Assembly: GCA_003697085.1 (NCBI GenBank)
Contig: RFFU01000074.1
Location: 17,562 to 81,561, forward strand
DNA length: 64,000 nucleotides
Direction: 5' to 3'
Origin: Candidatus Hydrogenedentota bacterium
Lineage (GTDB): Bacteria > UBA8481 > J006
Part shown: piece after piece, positions 1-7,828 of the stretch
Layout: the number at the start of each line of letters is the position of its first letter
How positions within the stretch are numbered: position 1 is the first letter of the stretch
The notes under the pieces: generated by a model
Seen by the model: the letters and a program-made list of their open reading frames with translations, nothing else
What the model was told of the DNA's origin: nothing
Databases searched by the model: none
Program-made: the position numbers and the translations under genes

Positions 1-342
1 GGTCGAGATCGGCTGTGTAGGGATAAGGAAGATCAAGAGCAGAAGCCTTCTCCTGCATTTTCTCAAGCGAATCCTCCGCGTAGTTTTTGTTCGCCGCGTT
101 GGGATTGACCGCGATCCAGTGAATACCGCGAGGCAAAGTCTTGCGGGCGAGAGAGACCGTGCGGAGATCGTAAGCCTTCGCATAGGGACAGTGGTTGCAC
201 GTGAAGACCACAACGAGTCCACGGGATCCCTTGGCGAGCGCGGAGGGAAGATACAGTTTTTCTCCCTCCAGCGTCGTAACGGAAACCTCCGGTACCGGTG
301 AGCCGAAGGGAATGATATCGGGGTTCTTTTCGATCAATACCA
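1..342 (-). CDS. Thioredoxin-fold redoxin (AhpC/TSA/thiol-disulfide oxidoreductase family), 5'-window-truncated (C-terminus runs off the edge)
   Basis: Minus-strand translation from the ATG at 342: MVLIEKNPDIIPFGSPVPEVSVTTLEGEKLYLPSALAKGSRGLVVVFTCNHCPYAKAY... has the CxxC-type redox motif (CNHCP) in a thioredoxin-like beta-alpha context. No stop before position 1, which is why it is absent from the ORF track. Confidence 0.6.
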
Positions 343-411
343 TAAGGAAAGTATCCCTCGAAGAAGGGGTGAGGTCAAGACGCGCGGTAGAGAATCGAAA
401 AAAAGAGCGTG

Positions 412-590
412 TTCCTGGGAGCGAAGGCGTCTTGCCCGCAGGAAACGGCGCGCGAATTCTCCAACCCGGGAGCGCGGGCATCTTGCCCGCAAGAAACGGA
501 GCGCAGATTCTCCAACCTGGGAGCGCGGGTATCTTGCCAGCAAGACACGCGGCGCAGATTATCAACCCGCGGAGAGCAATTCTCTCCATT
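412..590. repeat. Three tandem copies of a ~60-bp unit (module A of the dispersed repeat family)
   Basis: Unit consensus ttcctGGGAGCGcgGGCaTCTTGCCcGCAaGAAACGGaGCGCAgATTCTCCAACCcGG repeats head-to-tail at ~412-469, 470-529 and 530-590. Each unit has an internal imperfect palindrome (GCGGGCATCTTGCCCGC). Sits between the CPBP gene stop and the redoxin gene start. Confidence 0.85.
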
Positions 591-708
591 CACGGCCGAA
601 CGTGTCTGTGGTCGGATGGGACGCGGACATTCTGCTTGTAGGAACGCGAGCAGATGAGATTTTCCCCCGACAAGAGAATTCACCTTTCTTTAGGGAAAAG
701 GAAGGTGA

Positions 709-1584
709 TTATTGGTCAGAGTCCGATCCGGAAGAGGACACTTTTGCGGCGAGGCATCCAGTGAGAAGAAGCAGCGGCCACGCCAATGGTGAGGCGTAGA
801 GACGTTCGGGAGGCCAGAGCAGAGGCGAAACATCCTGTCGGGCAATGAAAAAGAGCGGCGAGGATTTCATCAGAAAGATCCACGCGCTGTGAAGGCCGAC
901 GGAGCGTCCGAGGCGGCCGGTGGCGACGAGGGGAAGCGCCAAGGCGATTCCCGTGCAGAAGAGGCCGAAGGCTTCGGGAGGAATCTGTTGGCCGGGGCGG
1001 ATACGAAGAAAGTGAATCGCGCTGAAGAAAAGGCTCCCGAGAAGAATGCCGGCGGTGCTTCCACCAGAACGAACGAGGATTCCCGTGAGATACCCTCGCA
1101 TGAAGAACTCCTCGGAGAAGGCTATGATCAGGGCGGCGAGAAGATTTTCGAGAAGGCGGAAGGCGAGATCTCCGAGGGTGCGATTGAAACCGAAAAAGGC
1201 CGCGCCGAAAAGGATTCGAAGACCAAGGAAGAAAAGAAAAGGCACCAGACCGAGACGGAATCCGCGGAGGATATCTCCGGTGAGCGCGGAGGAGGGAGCG
1301 AGGCCGACCCGGTTCCAGCCCTCGGGAAAGGTGAAAGTGTAATGAAGGGCGGCCCCGAGAGCCGAGAGAGCCGCGAGGCGGGTAAAGATGCGTTCCGGAG
1401 TGAACGTAGGAAAAAGGGGATGAAGAAGCAACGCGAGAAAAACTGACCCGACCAGAGCGGCGGCGACGCCGGCGAGAAGATGGTGCAATTCGCGACGCCG
1501 CATCCTTGTATTGGCGTTTGAATTCATCCCACCTCCCGGTTGTCGGAAAGGAAGGATTCTATCTTTTGCCCGCGTTCCAAACAA
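709..1584 (-). CDS. CPBP family intramembrane glutamic endopeptidase (CAAX protease / bacteriocin-immunity Abi-like)
   Basis: Multi-TM protein with the diagnostic motifs EEFFMRGYL (EExxxR) and FSAIHF (FxxxH) spaced as in CPBP/Abi proteins. Confidence 0.75.
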   Translation of the reverse strand: MFGTRAKDRILPFRQPGGGMNSNANTRMRRRELHHLLAGVAAALVGSVFLALLLHPLFPTFTPERIFTRLAALSALGAALHYTFTFPEGWNRVGLAPSSALTGDILRGFRLGLVPFLFFLGLRILFGAAFFGFNRTLGDLAFRLLENLLAALIIAFSEEFFMRGYLTGILVRSGGSTAGILLGSLFFSAIHFLRIRPGQQIPPEAFGLFCTGIALALPLVATGRLGRSVGLHSAWIFLMKSSPLFFIARQDVSPLLWPPERLYASPLAWPLLLLTGCLAAKVSSSGSDSDQ

Positions 1585-1659
1585 GAAAGAGGCATCCTCC
1601 CTCCTCCCCCCTCCCTCTCCCCCGTGGGGAGAGGGTTGGGGTGAGGGGAATCTCCTCCG

Positions 1660-2718
1660 TCAATGGTTCCTCTTCCATTTTTTCGCGGCTTTCTTCGCCG
1701 CCTTCGGGTGATGATACGCCGTCTTCGCCGCCTTCGGATGGCTCGTTACAGCCTTCCGATGCTTGTAGGCCTCCTTGGCGGCCTTCGGATGACTTGCGAT
1801 CGCCTTCCGATGTTTGTAAGCCTTCTTCGCCGCCTCCGGATGATTCTTGACAAAGGTCCTATGAGCGTAAATCGCCTTCGCGACCGCGGGATGGGAATTC
1901 AGATACTTCTTGTTCTTCCATAACGCCTCCGCGACCTCGGGATGATCGTACAGGTACTTGCGGTTCTTATATACCTCCTTCGCCACCTCCGGGTGGGCAT
2001 CGAGCCATTTGCGGTTCTCGTAGAGTTTCTTCGCGATCTCCGGGTGCTCGTTGAGAAAAACTCGGTTCTTGTAAACCTCCTTGGCGACTTCCGGGTGTTC
2101 GTTCAACCACGTCCGATTCTCGTAGAGCCGTTTGGCCACCTCCGGATGTTCGTTCAACCATTCCCGGTTCTCGTAGAGTTTCTTTGCCACCTCCGGGTGC
2201 TCGTTCAGCCATTTCTTGTTCCGGGCGAGGGCCTTCGCCACCTTCGGATGTCGATCCAGATAATACTTGTTCTCGAGGAGTTTCTTCGCCACGGTGGGGT
2301 GGTTCTTCAGCCACTTCAGATCGTCGAGATTCGCGTTGGGATACTTCGCCTTGAGATCGCGCCAGGCGCGTGCTTCAAGCGCTTCCCGGTGTCGGATCTC
2401 CCAGCGCCGCTGCGCCTTCGCTTCCTCAAATGAGATTCGTCCATCGCCGTCCTTGTCGGCGTGCTGGAAGCGCTCCCCGTCACGATAGGATTCAAATTCC
2501 AGCATCGCTGCGTCGATCTCATCCTTGTCCAGAAATCCATCTCCGTTTAGGTCTGTCTCGTCAAACCGTTCCTTCGAGTAATACTCCTTGTAAACCTCGC
2601 CCTCGTCGTCCGCTCTCACTGGAAGCACGGAACCAAGGGTACAGCCGATCGCCGATGCCAGAATCACCGCCGCCAGCCTTCGCACCGCTTTGCTCTTTCC
2701 TCGCTTCTCCCTTGCCAT
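1660..2718 (-). CDS. Secreted EF-hand calcium-binding protein with ~12 tandem 13-aa repeats (N[RK]xWL[ND]EHPEVAKKLYE)
   Basis: N-terminal signal peptide (AVILASAIGCTLGSVLPVRA). Two canonical EF-hand loops (DLNGDGFLDKDEI; DKDGDGRISFEE). Then a 39-nt periodic DNA repeat (~1700-2300) encoding YENR(E/T/K)WLNEHPEVAK(K/R/E)L repeats. C-terminal HPKAAK(E/T)AYKHRKA(I/V)(A/T)S repeats. Confidence 0.8.
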   Translation of the reverse strand: MAREKRGKSKAVRRLAAVILASAIGCTLGSVLPVRADDEGEVYKEYYSKERFDETDLNGDGFLDKDEIDAAMLEFESYRDGERFQHADKDGDGRISFEEAKAQRRWEIRHREALEARAWRDLKAKYPNANLDDLKWLKNHPTVAKKLLENKYYLDRHPKVAKALARNKKWLNEHPEVAKKLYENREWLNEHPEVAKRLYENRTWLNEHPEVAKEVYKNRVFLNEHPEIAKKLYENRKWLDAHPEVAKEVYKNRKYLYDHPEVAEALWKNKKYLNSHPAVAKAIYAHRTFVKNHPEAAKKAYKHRKAIASHPKAAKEAYKHRKAVTSHPKAAKTAYHHPKAAKKAAKKWKRNH

Positions 2719-2908
2719 TCTTCTCCCTCCATCTTTCGATATTCTTGAGGCTCTTTTCGTCCTCTGTTCCTTTAGAAGCTCTGAGGCGAAAACCGTTTAC
2801 CTGAAATAACGGTAACTTTTCTTACATAGGGAGCATACAACATGTTCCCAAAAGGATTTACCACGAAAAGAAGAGAGGGGAGAAAAGAGAAGAGTGATCG
2901 ACCTTCGC

Positions 2909-3904
2909 TCAAGAAACACTTTCCGCGGCACGGACTCCTCCCTTCCGGGAAGCGATGAGAAAGGTGATCAGGTCCCCGAGGGCGCTGACAACGCGCAGAA
3001 GGACCGCCAGCGCCAAGGTGGTTCCCTGTCCCAGGGTTTTTTCATAAAGAAGAAGGAAGACCGTCTCGCGGATTCCCAATCCGGCCGGCGCTCCCGGAAC
3101 CAGGAAACCGGCCAACCACGCCGCCGCGAACCCCCAAGAAAAGTCATACCATCTCAGGGGGACGTGGGAACCGGACAAAAGGGCCAACAACAGCGAAGAG
3201 ATGATGCCGTAAAGCCCGAAAACGATCCAATAGAGAAGGAAAGCAGAAATCAATCGAAGGGGAGAGCAAAAAGCCCGTCGCGCTAGAAACCATCCGCGAA
3301 CCCTCGGCAGGAGAGCGGCGAAAACGGCCGCGCCAACGCCCCCGGCCAGGAAGAGCGGAAGGCCGAATTCCTTGAAGGAAGAAAGAAAGGGAAGGAGTCT
3401 GCCCGCGCTGAAGTAACCGGAAAGGATTCCCGCAAGAATCAGCGAACCTCCGCTGAGAACGATGATGAATGTCTGCATTCCGATCGCCAGAACGGAAACC
3501 TCCCCTGGAATCCGCTTCTTAATCGCGAGGGCCACCTGGCCGATATGCTGAAAGATGTTGCCGGGGATGTACTTGGCAATCTGACTGATTCCGACGATTT
3601 CGTAACATCGTCCAAAAGTGATTGGCGGGGCGCCGGCGGAATAGAAGAGTGTCGAGACGGTCACGGTCAACGCAACGCATGACGTGGCGAGAAGGACCGC
3701 GAGGGAGAAGAAGAGGAGATTGGTTGCGGTGAGGCGGATGGAGGGAATTTGATGGAACAAAGTCGCGAAGCGTGTCAGGAAAAAGAGAAGGGAGAGTCCG
3801 AATAGGACTCGGCCGACAATGTCGATCGCTCTTCCCGCGTTCGTCCTCATTTTGTCGGTAGTTTGATCGGTGGAACGAGCGTTGTCAAAGGAAGGGGGAG
3901 TCAT
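2909..3904 (-). CDS. Polytopic membrane protein, flippase-like / lysyl-phosphatidylglycerol-synthase TM-region-like (UPF0104-type)
   Basis: About 8 predicted TM helices, glycine/leucine-rich, no soluble domain. The start is ambiguous. The ORF runs to 3949, but the ATG at 3904 gives a 4-nt overlap with the upstream methyltransferase stop. Confidence 0.5.
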   Translation of the reverse strand: MTPPSFDNARSTDQTTDKMRTNAGRAIDIVGRVLFGLSLLFFLTRFATLFHQIPSIRLTATNLLFFSLAVLLATSCVALTVTVSTLFYSAGAPPITFGRCYEIVGISQIAKYIPGNIFQHIGQVALAIKKRIPGEVSVLAIGMQTFIIVLSGGSLILAGILSGYFSAGRLLPFLSSFKEFGLPLFLAGGVGAAVFAALLPRVRGWFLARRAFCSPLRLISAFLLYWIVFGLYGIISSLLLALLSGSHVPLRWYDFSWGFAAAWLAGFLVPGAPAGLGIRETVFLLLYEKTLGQGTTLALAVLLRVVSALGDLITFLIASRKGGVRAAESVS

Positions 3905-4659
3905 GTCTTCTTCTTGATCAGGAGCCAGATGTAAGTGGGGAAGAGGCAATACAGCCGCCGCACTGCGAAAGCGGCCATCTTTTGCTTGAAGGAACCGGGG
4001 AGTAGCATATCCGTGGCGGCGAACGTTTCCGGCTCCTCAACGATCCTCGGAGTGTAATCGACGACGTCGAAGGCCTTCACAAGTTTTCTCAACCCCCAAC
4101 AGGTGTAAAGGCGTTCGTGGTATTCATTCCCGCGTCCGGTGAGCCGTACATAGGCGTTCGCGAGGGGCCGCGGTAATATCGAGAGAAAGGGAAGTCTATT
4201 GTCCGGCTCGATGAGAATCAGCCTGTTTCCCGCTCCGAAATAACAGACTCCACCCGGTTTAAGGACCCGTTCTATTTCCTTCATCAAGTCCTCGGCGTTC
4301 TCGACATGTTCATAGACGTGGTTACAGACAATGACATCGAAACTCTCGTTCGGAAAATCGGTATGAATTGCATCGCCGATTTGAAAGGAAAGGTTCGGCC
4401 CTTCGAATGTCCGCCGGGCAAACTCCACGGCGGCCTCATCGAGATCGATTCCCGTTGCCGAGCGGAAATGTCGAGCACAGGCGGAAGTCGCGAACCCGGC
4501 CGAGCATCCCATTTCCAGGAGATCAAGATTTCGAGTGTTCGGGAGAAAATCCAGGAGCACGGAGACAATCTTTTTCGCCTTCCAGAGCCGCTGCCGTTCG
4601 TCAAACTGCTCCTGATGAGAGTGGGAATATCCCGTGCGATCATCGGAATCAGGGATCAT
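3901..4659 (-). CDS. Class I SAM-dependent methyltransferase (Methyltransf_11/25-like)
   Basis: SAM-binding motif I LDLLEMGCSAGFAT, then acidic loop GIDLDEAAV and motif ...FDVIVCNHVYEHVEN...LKPGGVCYF. The longest ORF starts at 4725, but the ATG at 4659 overlaps the upstream GT1 stop by 4 nt. Confidence 0.75.
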   Translation of the reverse strand: MIPDSDDRTGYSHSHQEQFDERQRLWKAKKIVSVLLDFLPNTRNLDLLEMGCSAGFATSACARHFRSATGIDLDEAAVEFARRTFEGPNLSFQIGDAIHTDFPNESFDVIVCNHVYEHVENAEDLMKEIERVLKPGGVCYFGAGNRLILIEPDNRLPFLSILPRPLANAYVRLTGRGNEYHERLYTCWGLRKLVKAFDVVDYTPRIVEEPETFAATDMLLPGSFKQKMAAFAVRRLYCLFPTYIWLLIKKKT

Positions 4660-5930
4660 TCGGAGAAACCATCCGCTGTTTCCGCGGAAAGAAATGCGAG
4701 ATATTTCCCGACGATCTTTTCCCAACTGTAATGGTTCCGGACGAAAAGGGTGGCGCGGCGTTGTTGTTCGATAGCGTGGTCGGTGTCGAACGAGAGTATC
4801 TCGTTGATTTTTCCGGCCAGTGCCTCGACATCGGCCGGCGGGAAGTAGTAGGCCCCTTCTCCCTCCTGGACGGCCCCGATGTTTCCTCCGACCTCACTGA
4901 CCAACGCGATCGTTCCACAGGCCATTGCTTCAAGGGCGATCGTGGCGGATCCTTCCGTGTCTCCTCGGCTGTCGATGCAGGAGGGGAGAACAAAAAGGTC
5001 GGCGCTTCGCATCCAATCGACGATTTCTTCCTCGGGAATGGGACCGGGCATGATGACGTCGTTTTCGAGACATAATCTTCTCTTCAGAGCCTCCAGTTCA
5101 TTTTGCAAAGGGCCGTCGCCACCGAGAAGGAGACACGCATCGGGATGTTCTTTTTTTACCGCCGGCATCGCCTCCAAAAGGTATCGGTGCCCTTTCCTCT
5201 CAACCATTCTTCCCGTGAAGAAGAGAACTTTCCTGCCGAAGATTTTATATCTTTCGAGAAGGGTGAGGTTGGGAGGTCCTGGAGAATAATAAGCCGTATC
5301 GATGCCATCCGGGATGATCTTGGGGCGGATGCCCGGCGCCACTCGTTCGAGGGCGTCGGCCGTGTTTTTGCTGATGGCAACGAGAAGATCGGCGCCCCGA
5401 GCGCTCATGCGAACGAAAGGTTTGAGAAAAGTCCAGCGGCCGGAATCGAGCGGAAAAATCTCGGCTCCATACGCCGTGATGATCAGCGTGCGACCCGTCA
5501 TTCGTTTGATGAGATAACCGATGAATCCGGGAGGAAACGCCCAGTGGGCATTGATATAACGGATTCTGTTTTCTTGAACGATTCGATAGGCGGTCCAGAA
5601 GAGTCTGAAAAAATAGAACGGAACCTGAAGGAGGCACCACGGGTGACGAATGTTTTCGGGGATTCCGGCGCCCGAGGTGAGTGTCTCCCAGCCGGATACG
5701 AAATAATGAAATCGGTGGATGTTCACACCGTCGACTTTGGCGAAGAGTGCCGTACCGGGTTCGGCGTGAGTCACGACATGAACGGCAAATCCGGCGGAAA
5801 CGAAACTCTTCGCCGCGTGATGGACGAACTTCCCCTTCGGAAGTCTCTTTGAATCGCGGACAAAGGAAGGATAGGAGGTTGTCAGAATACAGAGGGAGCG
5901 TTGGGAGTGCCCGGCGTGGAGAGTCGTCAC
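4656..5930 (-). CDS. Glycosyltransferase family 1 (GT4-like, retaining GT-B)
   Basis: C-terminal GT1 signature ...LLLGGDGPLQNELEAL...ADLFVLPS...EGSATIALEAMACGTIALVSEVGG... (EX7E-type motif). Confidence 0.8.
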   Translation of the reverse strand: MTTLHAGHSQRSLCILTTSYPSFVRDSKRLPKGKFVHHAAKSFVSAGFAVHVVTHAEPGTALFAKVDGVNIHRFHYFVSGWETLTSGAGIPENIRHPWCLLQVPFYFFRLFWTAYRIVQENRIRYINAHWAFPPGFIGYLIKRMTGRTLIITAYGAEIFPLDSGRWTFLKPFVRMSARGADLLVAISKNTADALERVAPGIRPKIIPDGIDTAYYSPGPPNLTLLERYKIFGRKVLFFTGRMVERKGHRYLLEAMPAVKKEHPDACLLLGGDGPLQNELEALKRRLCLENDVIMPGPIPEEEIVDWMRSADLFVLPSCIDSRGDTEGSATIALEAMACGTIALVSEVGGNIGAVQEGEGAYYFPPADVEALAGKINEILSFDTDHAIEQQRRATLFVRNHYSWEKIVGKYLAFLSAETADGFSE

Positions 5931-6487
5931 GAGAATTCCACGAAATGAATGGAAACCGAATCAATGGATCGACGGGATTTTCCCAACACGGATTTCCTTC
6001 TCATCCTCCCGGCGATGAGGGTAGCAAGCCGCCAGGGGGCGGGCAACCGATAAAGCGCCGGAAGGAATGCGGCGTAAAGTCGGTCCCTTGTGTCAATCCT
6101 GTTCTTCATTCCATCGAGTCCCCGTCTCATCTTCGCGGAGCCCTTCGTGGAGGAGGCCGGCCGGGTTCTCTCCCCCGGTGTCATTCCGAGCGAGGCGGAG
6201 CGAAGCAACGCCGACGAGGAATCCCCCATGAGTGCCATCCAGCGCATAGCGCGGGGTTCTTACCTGCGGAAATTCGCTTCATAGAGCGGCCAACCCTGGG
6301 AACGCAGGCATCCTGCCTGCATGGAAGGGATGGAACGTAGACTTTTCAGTCCACGCGAGTGAAACGCGGACTCTCCCGTCCGGGGAACGACGCGGCAAAG
6401 TTCGGCACAAATGCCCCCTCTTTGCCTCGCAACCGCGGAACCGCGGGGTTTGTTGCGAAAAGAACACCTCCCTCTTATACTTGATTT

Positions 6488-7474
6488 ATGTATCAAAAAC
6501 AGCGGATCGCGCTGGTTATTCCGGCTCACAACGAAGAGAAACTCATCGGAGATACGTTGCGGGGGGTTCCGGAACTTGTGGACGATATCTACGTAATTGA
6601 CGACGGTTCCACGGACGCGACCTCGGAATGCGCAAGGAAAGTCGGAGACCGCCGGGTCGTGGTCATTCGGAAGGAGAAGAACGAGGGAGTGGGAGCTGCG
6701 ATCGTTACGGGCTACAAGGTTGCCTTTGAGAGAGGCGCCGATATCGCCGTCGTGGTTGGTGGCGATAACCAGATGGACCTGGCGGAGATCGAGAATTTTC
6801 TTCGACCGATCATCGAGGGAGCGGCGGATTACACGAAAGGCAATCGGTTTCTCGATCCCTCCGGGACTTTCGAAAGAATGCCGACCGTCCGGCTCTTCGG
6901 AAATGCCTTGATTTCGGCGATGTGTAAATTGGCTTCCGGTTATTTCAAAGTTTATGATGCGGTGGACGGTTACACGGCGCTGTCGAGATATGGATTCGAG
7001 CAAGTTCGATGGAAGAAGGTCTGGAAGGGATATGGATATCCTTTGGACTTTCTCATTCGTCTCAATACTGCAGGACTTCGGGTAATGGATGTGCCGCGAC
7101 GCGCAATTTACCTTTCCGGGGTCCGACAATCCCAGATTCACGGTTTCTCGTATGCAATTCACGTGTTCCCGATGCTTCTGCGGGGTTTCTTTCGGCGACT
7201 GCTTTACAAATATATTCTTCGAGATTTCCATCCGCTCGTCTTCTTTTATTTGCTGGGGCTCTTCCTGGTTCCGGCGGGATTCGTTTTTGGCCTCTACCTC
7301 GTTTGGCAGCAGGCAAGCGGGATCGGCGTCTCCGGCCCCCGTGCCGTTTTGTGCGCCTTGGCGATCTTGATAGGAGTGCAATCCTTCTTCTTCGCCATCG
7401 CTTTCGAAATCCTGCATCAAGAATCCCCCGGAAACCGACGCCAAGAAGGTCGTTCGAAGCGACAATCGTTATGA
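6488..7474 (+). CDS. Glycosyltransferase family 2 with C-terminal TM helices (polyprenyl-phosphate sugar transferase / DPM-synthase-like)
   Basis: IALVIPAHNEEKLIGDTL...IYVIDDGSTDAT... (GT2 DxD context). The C-terminal ~90 aa are hydrophobic (2 TM). The gene is co-directional and only 137 nt upstream of the first precursor peptide gene. Confidence 0.8.
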   Translation: MYQKQRIALVIPAHNEEKLIGDTLRGVPELVDDIYVIDDGSTDATSECARKVGDRRVVVIRKEKNEGVGAAIVTGYKVAFERGADIAVVVGGDNQMDLAEIENFLRPIIEGAADYTKGNRFLDPSGTFERMPTVRLFGNALISAMCKLASGYFKVYDAVDGYTALSRYGFEQVRWKKVWKGYGYPLDFLIRLNTAGLRVMDVPRRAIYLSGVRQSQIHGFSYAIHVFPMLLRGFFRRLLYKYILRDFHPLVFFYLLGLFLVPAGFVFGLYLVWQQASGIGVSGPRAVLCALAILIGVQSFFFAIAFEILHQESPGNRRQEGRSKRQSL

Positions 7475-7573
7475 GAAAACGTTTTGAGAAAATCTTTCGT
7501 AAAAAAAATCACCGACTTCACCCCTTGCGAATCTTTTTCGATCCGGCTTTATTTTTCGATAGAGAGAAGAAAC

Positions 7574-7611
7574 GATTCTCCGCAATCGGGGAGAAAGGAG
7601 AGGTGAAAACG
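7574..7611 (+). promoter_or_regulatory. Conserved 5' leader with stem-loop plus Shine-Dalgarno (GGAGAGG) in front of precursor gene 1
   Basis: gattctccgcaatcggggagaaaGGAGAGGtgaaaacg. The palindrome TCTCC-gcaatcgg-GGAGA sits immediately 5' of the RBS. A near-identical copy precedes gene 2 at 7791..7828. Confidence 0.5.
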
Positions 7612-7758
7612 ATGGCGGAAAAGGAAGCTGAGAAGGTTGAGTCGGATTCCGGGAAGGAGCCGGAGAGGAAAGAGGAGGAGGCGCTTTCCGAGGAGGAGAT
7701 GCGGAAGGTGACGGGGGGACGACTCTTTGGAAATTCGATCGCCGGGCGGGTGCTATGA
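7612..7758 (+). CDS. Short precursor peptide with a double-glycine leader (48 aa: 36-aa leader + 12-aa core RLFGNSIAGRVL)
   Basis: MAEKEAEKVESDSGKEPERKEEEALSEEEMRKVTGG|RLFGNSIAGRVL. The LSxxEMxxVxGG motif matches the consensus recognised by C39 peptidase-ABC exporters. Strong RBS 7 nt upstream. Paralogous leader in the next gene. In the ORF track this is the in-frame tail of the spurious 7009..7758 ORF. Confidence 0.75.
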   Translation: MAEKEAEKVESDSGKEPERKEEEALSEEEMRKVTGGRLFGNSIAGRVL

Positions 7759-7790
7759 CTCGAGTGCTCTTCTTAAATGAGGGCGGAAAT

Positions 7791-7828
7791 GATTCCCCGC
7801 AGTCGGGGAGAAAGGAGAGGTGAAAAGG
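7791..7828 (+). promoter_or_regulatory. Second copy of the conserved 5' leader (hairpin CCCCG-cagt-CGGGG plus GGAGAGG RBS)
   Basis: gattccccgcagtcggggagaaaGGAGAGGtgaaaagg is 34/38 identical to 7574..7611. Confidence 0.5.

Noticed and set aside
195-683. Several 70-150-aa ORFs on both strands at 195-683
   Set aside because: They translate the tandem module-A repeats (hence internally repetitive peptides such as ...ILPARNGAQILQPGSAGILPAR...) and the antisense of the redoxin gene.
7009-7758. 249-aa ORF in the six-frame track overlapping the 3' end of the GT2 gene
   Set aside because: Its N-terminal 200 codons lie out-of-frame inside the GT2 gene and have no motif. Only the last 48 codons (7612..7758), preceded by a strong RBS and carrying a GG leader, look like a real gene.
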